Assembly (NCBI GenBank): GCA_950097015.1
Contig: CATNEN010000025.1
Coordinates: 8,308,001-8,372,000, forward strand
DNA length: 64,000 nt
DNA from: Macrostomum hystrix
Lineage: Eukaryota > Animalia > Platyhelminthes
Reading direction: 5' to 3'
A program made the position numbers and the translations under genes. This document shows positions 24,017 to 35,600 of this stretch, piece by piece; the stretch's first letter is position 1, and each line of letters opens with the position of its first letter. The notes beneath the pieces are model-generated. The model was not told the origin of the DNA. It was given only the letters and a program-made list of their open reading frames with translations, and made no database searches.

Positions 24017-27000
24017 CAGTGACAGTAGCTGCGAGGTCTTCAGCCTCTCCCCTCTGAGAAAGAGGCTGCCGCTCGTGAAAGCCGACATCAACGGTCGTGC
24101 CACAGACCTGCTTATTGACAGCGGCGCGACCTGCAACCTCATGGACGTCAGGACCTTCAAGGCCATCAAGGGCAGCGCGGCCCAGCTTGTTGAGTCCCAA
24201 AAAAAAGCATTCCCGTTCGGCTCCAGCAAGCCGCTGACGACATTGGGCAAGGCCACCTTGCAAACGACCGTCTACGACGTCAGCGCCCGCATCAGCTACA
24301 TCATCGTGAAGGAAAGCGGCACCACGATCATCGGCCGTCAGACCAGCGAGGGACTCGGCATTCTGCGCATCGGGCCAAGCCAACCGACGGTCTGCCAGCT
24401 GACGGAAGCCAACAAGCTGCCGAAGTCTCTCAACACAGCCCTGGAGGCAGCAGCAGCCGAGGCGAACGACCGGACGCTACCAGAACAGGAGCGCCTAGCC
24501 AACATCCTCCGGGCACACCGCCAACGATTCGAGGGCATCGGCTGTGTCAAAGACGTCGAGGTCAGCATCCACCTACGCGAAGAAGCCGTGCCTGTCTGCC
24601 ACCCACCCAGCCGAGTCCCGGTGCACCTGCGGGAGGCAGCGCAGCGCGAGCTGGACGAACAGCTTGCGGCCGGCATCATCGAGCGAGTGAAGGGACCGTC
24701 CGACTGGGTGGCCCGCATGGTGGTGGTCCCGAAGTCGCAGCCGGGCCAAGTGCGCATCACCCAGGACCTGCGAGATGTCAACAAGTTCGTGGTGCCCGAG
24801 AAGCAGCCCATCCCGACATTCGAGGAGGTCACAGACGAAATGGCAGGCGCGCGCTACTTCTCGGAGCTCGACATCAACAAGGCCTTCCATCAGATCCGTG
24901 TCCGGGAGGAATCGCGCCACTTGCTGACGTTCTCCACGCCAAAGGGCCTCATGCGACTGACGCGCCTGTGCATGGGCTTCACGTCAGCGTCGGAGATCCT
25001 GCAGAGGGTCATGACCACCGTGCTCGGCGGCCTGTCCGGCGTCCGCTGGGTGCACGATGACATCATGATCTACGCCAGAAACATCAAGGACCACAACCAG
25101 CAACTGGCGGCAACTCTGCAGCGGCTGGAGTCCTATAACGTCACCCTCAACCCGGCGAAGTGCAGATTCGCGGTCAGGGAGGCGACTTTTCTCGCCATGC
25201 GCCTCTCTGAGAAGGGCATCCAGCCAACTGAGGACAAGGTGAGCGCCGTCCAGTCGTTTAGGGCACCGAAGAACGCGTCCGAGGTGAGATCATTCCTAGG
25301 CCTCGTTGCCTTTGTCAGGCGCTTTATCCCAGCACTCGCAGACATTGCCAAGCCTCTCAGAAACCTGACCAGAAGGGAGGCCGCCTGGACCTGGGGAGCG
25401 GCGGAAGACGCTGCCTTCAACGCCGTCAAGAGCTCCATCGCTGCCAGCAGCACTTTAGCGTTCTTCGACAAGCAGAAGCCGACAGAAGTGATCGTGGACG
25501 CCAGCCCGACCGGCCTCGGGGCAATCCTTAGCCAGCAACAACCTGACGGCAGCCTGAGACCAATCGCCTACGCCAGCCGCGCCCTGACGGCCGTAGAGGC
25601 GCGCTACTCGCAGACTGAGCGGGAGGCCCTCGCGGTTAAATTCGGCTGCCTCCGCTTCCGCCACTACCTCAGCGGCTCACCCGGCTTCCGAGTCGTCACC
25701 GATCACAAGCCGCTGGTGCACCTCTTCAAGCCAAATTCCCGGCCGCCTCCGAGGATCGAAAGAATGGCACGAAAGAAGAGCATCCAGGACCTGGTGTTCG
25801 AGACAACATACAGGCCAGGCCCGTCCAACCCCAGCGATGTCCTGAGCCGGCAACCAAGCGGGCCCTCAGCAGTCGCTGCAGTTCGTGTTAGTCCAGGGAC
25901 ACTAACTTCATTAACAGCATCGCCGAAGCCGCCACCCCGAAGGGACTCTCGCTGCAGCAGATCAAGGAGGCGACGGCAAGAGACGAAGCGCTGCGGGCAG
26001 CCATCGCGGCCCTCCGCGGTGGCGACTGGGACCTTCGAGACGCAACGCTGCGGTCCCTGCATGCGCTGAAGCAGGAGCTGTCCGCAACCGACGGGGTCTT
26101 GCTACGAGGACACCGGATTGTCGTCCCCGAGGCTCTACGACAGGCAGTGCTGCGCCTAGCGCACCAAGGACACCAGGGAGACAAGAAGACACAGGCCAGA
26201 CTGTCCGCGAAGGTCTGGTGGCCAGGCATGGTTGGAGAAGCGCGGCGCATGTGCGACACCTGTCTGCCGTGCCAAGCAGCGAGCCATCGAGCGGCAGTCC
26301 CGGCGGCTCCGCTGCAGGCCACGCCGCTGCCGCCGTATGCCTGGCACACTCTGGGCATCGACTTCACCGGACCGGTGCAGAACCGGCACCTGCTGGTCAT
26401 TGTGGACCACTTCTCCCGGTACCCAATCGTCATCAGCATGTCGTCCATGACTGCTGAGGCCGTCACCAAGCAGCTGCGAAAACTTTTCGCCACGTTCGGC
26501 AGGCCGACCCAGCTCGTGTCCGACAACGGGCCGCCGTTCAGTTCGCAAGCGTTCCGCGACTACCTCGGCAGCAACGGCATCCAGCAGCGTCTCGTCACAC
26601 CGTACCACCCGGCGGCGAACGGCGTCACGGAACGCGTCAACCGATCAATCAACAAGACCGTCAGGATCGCCAACATCGAGTCAACAGACTGGCGGGAGGC
26701 TCTGGAGGACTGGCTAGAAGCCTACCGCAACACCCCGCATTCGAGCACGGGGTCGACGCCAGCCGAGCTCATGTTCCAGCGGCAGGTCCAGGACGTCATC
26801 CCCAGCGTGCAACAGCGACGCCAGCAGCCGCGCAACCTGGCGTCCATCAGGGCCCGCGACAACGAGGCCAAGCAGCGGATGGCCCGGTACGCCGACGACC
26901 GCCGAAGGGCCGCAAGCCACGACATTAGAGCCGGCGACTCGGTGCTACGCAGGCGGCGACCAGCGGCCAAGACAAAGACACCCTTCGAGCCGGAGCCCTG

Positions 27001-27307
27001 GACCATCGACGAGGTGAAGGGCGACTCCCTGGTGCTGAGCAGAGGGCGCCAGACCTGCATGCGCCACATCACGGACCTAAGGCACCTGCCCGCAATCGAC
27101 CAGCCACCGACGCCACCTCCACCAGCCGGGTCTACGCCACCAGTGGAGCCACCAGCGGCAGCGGCACCACCAGCGGCACCAGAGGCGCCTACAGCGCTGC
27201 TACCGGCGCCACCCCTGGCGCAGCCACGGACGGCGGGAGGCCGTGCATCGCCGCCGAACGTCTCGAGGTGCCCACTGCCGCGCGCGTGTAAAATCAGTCG
27301 ACTGTGA
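24000..27307 (+). pseudogene. Pol of element 2 (PR, RT, RNase H, IN), frameshifted near 25890
   Basis: IDSGAT, VHDD, VDASPTGLGA, then in another frame HQGHQG/CLPC, GIDFTGP, SDNGPPF, ANGVTER. Confidence 0.9.
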
Positions 27308-28959
27308 CTCTTTTGCGGTACTCAAAAGAACGGTACTCAATATGCCGTTCTAATCACTACTTTCGCATCATCGTGAACAATACTTGTCATTCATTTGCCA
27401 TGCCAACAATTTAATACTCACTTTTATTCCTTGTTGGGGGGTGGGAGCGCCTGTTTTACCTTAATAAAATTTCGTCTTTGTGGCCACCCTGCTCGTGTTA
27501 ATCTCCTATTTTAATTTCATTTAGGGAAGGATGTAAGACTTGCGTACTTTTACTTCGCCCCGCATTGCGTCAGCTTGCTCCAGCCAATCAATACCTCTTA
27601 CGTCTTGTGCGCGCACTCAGCACTTTCAACTCTCACCTGTCGTACCCCCACCCCAATTATCGATCCATTAAATATATATTGTCGCCCGCGGGGCAGCGCT
27701 CAGTTGAGCATATTTTCGACCACAAATCGAAGACTCTACATCCTCCTCCCCTTCTTGTCCTTCCCCTCTCCTTCTCCCCTCTTGTTCTCCCCCTCTCTCT
27801 TCCTTCCCCCTCTCCTCCATTCCCCGTCCCCTTCTTCTCCCCTCTCCTCCTTTTCCCCTCTCCTCCTTCTCCCCTCTCCTCTTCCCCCTCTCTTCCTTCT
27901 CCCCTCTCCTCTTTCTTCCCTCTCCACCTTCCCCCTCTCCTTCTCCCCTCACTCCCCCTTGTCCTCTCTGCCCTTTACTCTCTCTTCCTTCTCCGCTCTC
28001 TTCCTTCTCCCCTCTCCTCCTTCTCCCCTCTCCTCCTTCTCCCCTCTCCTCCTTCTCCCCTCTCGTCCTTCTCCCCTCTCGTCCTTCTCCCCTCTCGTCC
28101 TTCTCGCCTGTCATCCTTCTGCCCTCTTCCCCCTCTCCTTCTTCTCCACTCTGCTCTTATGCCCTCTCTTCCTTCTCCCCTCTCCTCCTTCTCCCCTCTC
28201 CTCCTTCCCCTCTCCTCCTTCTCCCCTCTCCTCCTTCTCCCCTCTCCTCCTTCTCCCCTCTCCTCCTTCCCCTCTCCTCCTTCTCCCCTCTCCTCTTCCT
28301 CCTCTCTTCCTTCTCCCTCCCATTTCCTCTTCTCCCCTCTCTTCCTGCTCACCTCTCCTCCTCCCCCTTCTCGTCCTTCCCCTCTCCTTCTCCCCTCTTG
28401 TTCTCCCCCTCTCTCTTCCTTCCCCCTCTCCTCCATTCCCCCTATTCTCCTTCTTCTCCCCTCGCCTCCTTCTCTTCTCTCCTCCTTCTCCCCCCCTCTC
28501 TCTCCCACTTTCCTCTCCTCTCCTTCTCTCCTCTCCTTCTTCCTTCCTTCTTCCCCTCTCCACCCTCTATACGCGTAAATCACTGGGCCGATCTAGCAAT
28601 AAACACACGCGACAACGCTTCACAAAGCCGGCTATCTGTCTCTCTCTCTTTCTGTCTGTGCTTTATTCATCAAAAGCTGGTGCTCGAGTGTGAAGGAAAG
28701 CAACAGCTATTCCAGGCCGCCATGAATGTTTTATATCAGTTCGATTCGAAAATTCGCTAAATTGTGAATTTTTGCCAGCAGGCTTGCAAAGCATGACTAG
28801 AATGCAGGAGATAGATGTTGCCACAGCTGCGGCATGCATTGAATTTGACTATAATCCATGTTATTCAATTTATGCAGAACATTTTCCCAGCTTTAGTGTT
28901 TCACACAAGGGACACGAATGTTGTGTTGTTCTCTGACAGTTTTCGATTTTCACTCTCTT

Positions 28960-29125
28960 CCCCTCCCTCTCCTCAGACTCTTCCCCTCCCTCTCCTCAGA
29001 CTCTTCCCCTCCCTCTCCTCAGACTCTTCCCCTCCCTCTCCTCAGACTCTTCCCCTCCCTCTCCTCTGACTCTTCCCCTCCCTCTCCTCAGACTCTTCCC
29101 CTCCCTCTCCTCTGATTCTTCCCCT
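28960..29125. repeat. 23-bp minisatellite (cttcccctccctctcctcagact)
   Basis: About 7 copies. Confidence 0.88.
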
Positions 29126-29849
29126 CAGACATCTCGCATATATAATTGATAGCGTAAAACGATGAAAAACAAGCAGAAAAAAACGCTAAAGACAAAACAT
29201 ATTTTTGCAGCCAACAATTAACCAATTAGTGCTCACTGTCTCATTCTTCATAAGAAGCAAAATTTTACTGTAAATACTGCACAATACAAGATGCTCGAGC
29301 AAAAGTGGCCACTACTTAAAAGAAAAAGATTTTTTATGCTTAATTATTGAGCAAATTAAGCTAAATTAATTCTGAACCTTGAGTGTTCTCTTTACGAAGC
29401 TGCGTTTCACAGAAAAGATTGGTGATATCTGAAAATTGTTCAGCCACAAAGGCTTATATTATATACACAACAATTATTGTCAGTTTTGGAGCAGCGAAAG
29501 TAAACTTTTTATGCCGCGTTACTAACGCATTACTAAAATATGCTTAGGATTATATGCAGCTTCAGTGTTGGAATGTAAGACATGCCATTCAACTGGTTTG
29601 AGTGCCCTAACCAAAAATTGCGTGTTTCATTGTGGCAATTCGTCATTTCTGCTCTAAATATATCTCGCTCCGACAACAGAGTTCTGACAAGCTCTTAATT
29701 CACACACTAAGACTTGCTCTGACCTGGACGTTTGCGCTTTTTGGAAAGAAGGCGAGAGGCAAAAGGTGTACGAATTCTAAGCAGATAGGCCTTTGCACTT
29801 TCTTATATGGAAGTCAGCAATACTGCCAATACATGACTTCAGGATGGCA

Positions 29850-30065
29850 CACTTCTCACAGTCTGATGATCGACATCTCACAGTCTGATGATCGACATCT
29901 CACAGTCTGATGATCGACATCTCACAGTCTGATGATCGACATCTCACAGTCTGATGATCGACATCTCACAGTCTGATGATCGACATCTCAGTCTGATGGC
30001 ACACATCTCACAGTCTTATCATGGCACACATCTCACAGTCTTATCATGGCACACATCTCACAGTC
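29850..30065. repeat. 22-bp minisatellite (acatctcacagtctgatgatcg)
   Basis: Tandem copies visible. Confidence 0.88.
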
Positions 30066-31620
30066 TGGTGTAATCTCACGGATATTTTGTTTAAAACATG
30101 TCTGCAGGGATATCCGATTCCTTTTTATTATTGATTCCATATTTTCGGGCATCAAAGTGGCAGAGGCCATGCGGTGGCACTCACTTTCTGCGCGCCGATC
30201 CATTTCAGGAAGACCCTAAAAAACATGCCGCAAAAGCCGCTGCGCCGACAAAGATGGGTGTGCACTAAAGTGCAAATTTATGCGAGGCCATGCAGTTGCT
30301 AAGCGAAATGGCGCCCAGCAATTGGCTACAGAATAATGCGATGGCGGACAGCTGCTGCGCTGTCTTAGGCTTCTTTCCCTTTTGTTGCCAAAGAGAGCCC
30401 CAGCTATTAGACTGGAAATGGATAATGGCATAGACCCTTTGATTCGTTGCGACACGTTCCATCACTGCAATGTCCACTGCAGCCCGCGCGGACGCATTGG
30501 CAGCTCGTCTATAATGGGAATCTGGCATCGCCGATTTAAAAACAACAGACTGTACCAAACGTTTTTGCTGGCGTTATTCTCATTCACTCTACTGCAGCAG
30601 TGTTGTGCGTGATTCCTTAGCGACCAGCACCAGCTAGAAAGTGCGATTGAGTTGCCCGATAAAAATATACTCGATTTTCTTCGAAAAGTACTTCTGCGGA
30701 ACACTTTCAAGTTCTTGATTGATTAGTTCCTATAGCTGCATTGAATAGACACATTTGGTTATTACTCTTCTCATGGTAAAACTTCTAAAAACGTCTAGCT
30801 TCCAAAATATATAGATATCTCTGCGCTCGACTGCAGTTCGCACCCTGGCAGTCTAATTATTTTTTAACGCGGCTCCATGCATATAGCAATCCTTTTTGAA
30901 ACAAAATTATTGGCTTATGCCCGACTAACACTTTCAATAAATTTCGCAAGGACTCCTTAAAAGAAAAAGAACGGGACACTTCGTTTCTTTGAAAATTTAT
31001 TAAAGGCTGATTTTCACGGAAAATGCACTAGCGAGATAGGAACTTTTCACGTTTTCCACACAAAAATGTTGATAACTTTTTATTGGTAGCAGATCTAATG
31101 CTGTTGTTTTATCATAACTTGCTAAACATATTGTCTCATCGAATTTTAAAAAGCTTCACTCAGGAATAGTTAATCATTACTTTCTTTTCGTTTATTTATA
31201 ATAAAGCACAATTGCAACCAAGCAGACATAACACTAGCCTACACCTTGGCTTACAGTTTTTTAAATTAAAAATTCTACATAATTCTCGTGATACACATAT
31301 ATTTGGTTAGAAGTGAGTCATGAGATAGCAAATCACTGGCTATTGTGCTTCATGATAAATACGGATAGAAAAAAAGAGAAGAGAAACTCTTCTTTACTTG
31401 AAGGTCTTACTTAAAAGTACATAAAATGTGTGTTTTTTAGTTTTTTTCATTTTATCTCTATTTCACTTCTTTATGTTTAGTCGTTTAGATACGAAACATT
31501 GTTTTAAATGTGTGTAAATTTTAAAATAATTCATAATGGCGCGAGCGTGAATCGGTACTTTTTATTCATAATAAATAGTCATCATCAATTAGAAAAGTTC
31601 ATAGATTTGTCAAGGTTAAA

Positions 31621-32613
31621 ATGCCAAGAAAGCCGGCAAAGCCTTTAGTTGGTAAGTGTCATGCTCTTTATTTTCCTGTATGCTGTTGCTTTAAATAGGT
31701 ATTTGATAGAAAATGTTAAGTCAGTCATTTAATCTCAATGATAATGTTGTTTCCTAAATCTCAATAACTTTTTTGCAAAGCATAGTATAAAGTAAAAAGA
31801 CGAAATAATGCACCTCAATTTATAGATTTGTTTAAAATATATTCATCTTTAGTGTAATTCTACCTGACTTCTATCAATCTAACTTGTACTAATGTCATGG
31901 CTTAGTTGGACAGTTGTTATTTGTCTAATCAACTTGTCAATTAGCTATTTCGGATATATGTCCAGTTAATAGGACAAATAGCCATTTTGTTCATATATTA
32001 TGTTTTTCATATATTTTTCATTTCATATTGTATATATTTGTAGATATCTCTAACTGAAACTGAATGTATGTGTACACTGTATGCTAACTAGCTAAAGTGA
32101 TTCCTTGTATGCCAATAGGGGTTTACAAATGGTGATTGTATGCCAAATTAATTGGACATAAAGGCTATGATCTAGACTAGTAAATAATTTCTTGTTGCAA
32201 TAAAAATGTATCATGATAGGCCCTACTATTCTCAATTATCTCAAAACTAAAATAGTCACAATTATCTAATTTAATAGGAATAGGGCCTATGCTATACCAA
32301 TAAGAACTAAATTAAAAAATTTAAACAAAACATTTTAATTATGCTAAAATGACAAAAATTGTAAATAGTATTAGTTAGATTAGTTTTTAGGCCTCATAAT
32401 CTTATAATCTGACATCCAAGGCTATTGTCCTAATTGCAAATGCTCTAACTATGCAGTTGACAAAGGGACAAGGCTTTTAATTGTTTATAACAAAGTAACA
32501 ATATTACCTATGAATAAATCTCTGGGACTCCTATTTGGCTAGCTAGCAAAGTGGCCAACTATAGAAATCAGTTGCAACAACCCCAGTTGTTGAAAATGAC
32601 TAGTATCAAAAAT

Positions 32614-32647
<34 letters not shown>

Positions 32648-35600
32648 TTATTTATAAACCATTAAAGTTCCTCATTAAATATGCATATTATAAATTTCCA
32701 TGCATTTTTGGCGCAAAACAATAACACAATTTGTAAATAGAACTTGTCTATTGACTCTTGACATAGAATGTGACATTTTAAATATTTTCTTTTATAAAAT
32801 GTATGACAATTTTTTAGAACACTAATATATTTTTATGTCAACGTGATGCACAAAACATTTGAACCACAAATTAGGGGTTGGACAAAAGCACTCTACATGC
32901 ACAGGTGCATGGCTGAAAATATAAAGTAAAAATTAAACTCGAATAATTTTTTGAAAGCTTTCACTTTCACTTTTATGTTCGCAAAACTGTACTGTGCAAA
33001 ACAAGTATCATGCACTAGTTACCTGGTTTAATTATATATATTTTTTTAATAAACTGCAATAAAGATGCAAATAATAAAATTAAATTGCTTTTGTGGATCT
33101 GTAATTACAGCATGTAGTCATTGTGACACAGAGATTAATACTGTTTTACCAAAGATTTTAACCCACCTTTACATTTGTAGAGTCCAATCAGGTAGTCGCT
33201 GAGCCTTCCTGGTTTACTGATTTGTACCTGCCCCGGCTTAGGCCAATCTTTAAGGAGGCAATTGAGTCTACATCATCTCACGAACGACTCAGTGCTGTAT
33301 TGAATGCCATTTATGCCAAGGTAAATCTTTTCTTAACCTTTTAATCTTGATCTTTTTAAGTAGAAAACAATATAAATTGCATTTGTATTTTTACTACAGA
33401 GCAATCACGAGGACTTCTGGCAAGCCCTAGTTGAATGCGCCAACTATGGGCTGACTAGTTCGCCTAAGTTAACTGCCGGCACCGCTATTATTGACCTGTT
33501 GGTCAAACTGGCCCTAGTACAGGTAAATAAAATCATATCCATAGTTTGTTATATAGAAAATTAAGCTACGTTTACTACTCAAATAAAAGTTAGGATAGCA
33601 CAGCTCACAGGTGATATCAATATATGTATTATGATTGATATTCACAGATTGGCCCAGGCCACGCGGCTTCAGATGTCACGGCCGCTACTTGCGCTACAGC
33701 GTCCGTATCAAATTCTGTTGCCATGGCAACCGTTGTTGAAGACGAGCCCGACCTGGATCATCCGGATTGCTTAGCCGGCCGGCTAGTGAACTATTGCATA
33801 GAGCTAAGCTGCGCCGCTGATAAAGGCGTTCGGATGCGCTGCATCCAGCTCATGTATAAAATACTCAGCAGCCTGCCAGCCTCTGTGCAGATTAGCGACG
33901 ATACGTTTAATAAGATTCGGGTAAGGCTGCGTCGAAGAGGGTCAATGGAAGGCTACATTGATTTGGGGCGCAGCCACGGAGCGAAGGCTTGGCAGCTTGT
34001 CGTGCAATTTACGCCCCTTGAGGGCCAACTACTCAATAGTGTACACTGCCAGACTGATGCGAAAGTTAGAGCAGATGTACACCCTTCTGCAAATAATATA
34101 ATATAATTATAAAACTGGGTCGAAAGTCCCCAGATTGCTCAATGTTACGTACTAAATACAAGACGATGCTTTCTCTGTCACTGCTAGAAGTATAATTACT
34201 CTTTTTGCTCCTACTATGAGCCAGAGTGCTTCGATTGATAAGGTGTCTATTTGTAACTAAATTCGTAGAAAATTAATATTTTCGTAGAAATATAAAACTG
34301 CGAAAAAGTGGGATATTCGGAATTTCTAGCCTATATGTAGCGAAAAATATGTTTCAAACTTATTAATCCAGGGCTGCCTTCTCGAGCGCGCTTGGGATGT
34401 TTGCGCGCCGGTGCGGGCCGAGAGCGTCCGGGCGCTCAACCGGCTTCAGCAGCCTTCGCGTCGCGAGTGTCCCGTCATGCGCCTAATGGAGCACATGTTC
34501 CGCTTTGATCCCAGCGCCGAGGTTCGACGCACTGCCCTGCAGTCCATGGCCTTCAGTCATAGGACTATTCGAGCTATCGCTTCGCGCACTCGCGATGTTG
34601 ACGACTCGGTTCGTCGGTCCGCATACGAGAAGCTCGTTGAACGATCCAGCGTGTTGAATAAGCTGGACATCCAGTGCCGAGTCAGCATGCTTAGCAGCGG
34701 TCTAGCCGACACTTCAGCCGCTGTTGTGGCCGCCGCCAAGAAGCTCGGCTGCGCAATGTTGAAGAACTTCAACGGCAGCTTCTTGGAATTACTGCGCTTT
34801 TTTGATGTGGCTTTGTCTGGCGAGCATTGTCAGCACGTAAGTAGACTTAGATCCTCGGATTAGACATCCACTCTCCCAGATCCTCAGATTAGACATCCAC
34901 TCTCCCAGATCCTCAGATTAGACATCCACTCTCCCAGATCCTCAGATTAGACATCCACTCTCCCAGATCCTCAGATTAGACATCCACTCTCCCAGATCCT
35001 CAGATTAGACATGAACACAGTCCTTGTTTATGGGTGCAGTTTTAAAACACGAAATGGAACTGCTACTTCTAGATCCTCTCGGTACTGATGCCGGAGCAGC
35101 TGCCCGCGGTGATTGACGAGGTCGCCGCGTGCCTTGACGAGCGCCGCCTACTCCGACCCAATAGTGTGACGTCAGAGGCCACATTTCTCTGGCTGCGACT
35201 AGTTCACCTACTGGAGGAAAGAAAGGAGATTGACGGTGTGGCGGATCGGCTGCTGCCAGGCGGTCTAGATTATCAACAGATGCTGGGCGATGTGCTGAAA
35301 CGGCAGGTAAGCTAAGTTAAAAGAAAAAATACTGCTTTAAAAATGTTTACAATTTACTTTTCAAGTCTACTTAAATTAGCCTAGAGAGTATTTTTAATAG
35401 AACATAATAGTAAATTATTTTTAATTTGGCATCCTCAGGTAACCGGAGCCGAACAGCTTTACGATTGGATCTTCCAAGCCCGCCAGTTGTTGCAGCTATG
35501 CTCTAGCCTGGACCTGTCGGACGAATTCACTCACGAATCACTGCAGCGCCATGCCAGGGAGGCTTTGAAAACGGCGCCGCTTGACCTTATTGAGGATCTG

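Larger units (their letters stand above)
23241..27740 (+). mobile_element. Ty3/gypsy LTR retrotransposon (Mag-like), element 2, with disrupted ORFs
   Basis: LTRs 23241-23437 (197 bp) and 27532-27740 (209 bp), TG...CA, differing by a 12-bp indel; TSD tcctc; PBS-like tggcatcgc from 23439; PPT agggaagga 27523-27531. Confidence 0.96.
22590..28565. repeat. Polypyrimidine (CT-rich) low-complexity tract, split by LTR element 2 into 22590-23240 and 27741-28565
   Basis: ctcctccttctcccct-like units on both flanks. Confidence 0.93.

Noticed and set aside
22473-28693. Long Pro/Ser/Leu and Arg/Gly/Glu ORFs
   Set aside because: Translations of the CT-rich tract and LTR
30265-30558. Mitochondrial ribosomal L21 (RVYAIIHF resemblance)
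   Set aside because: Similarity limited to a few residues; no frame continues it
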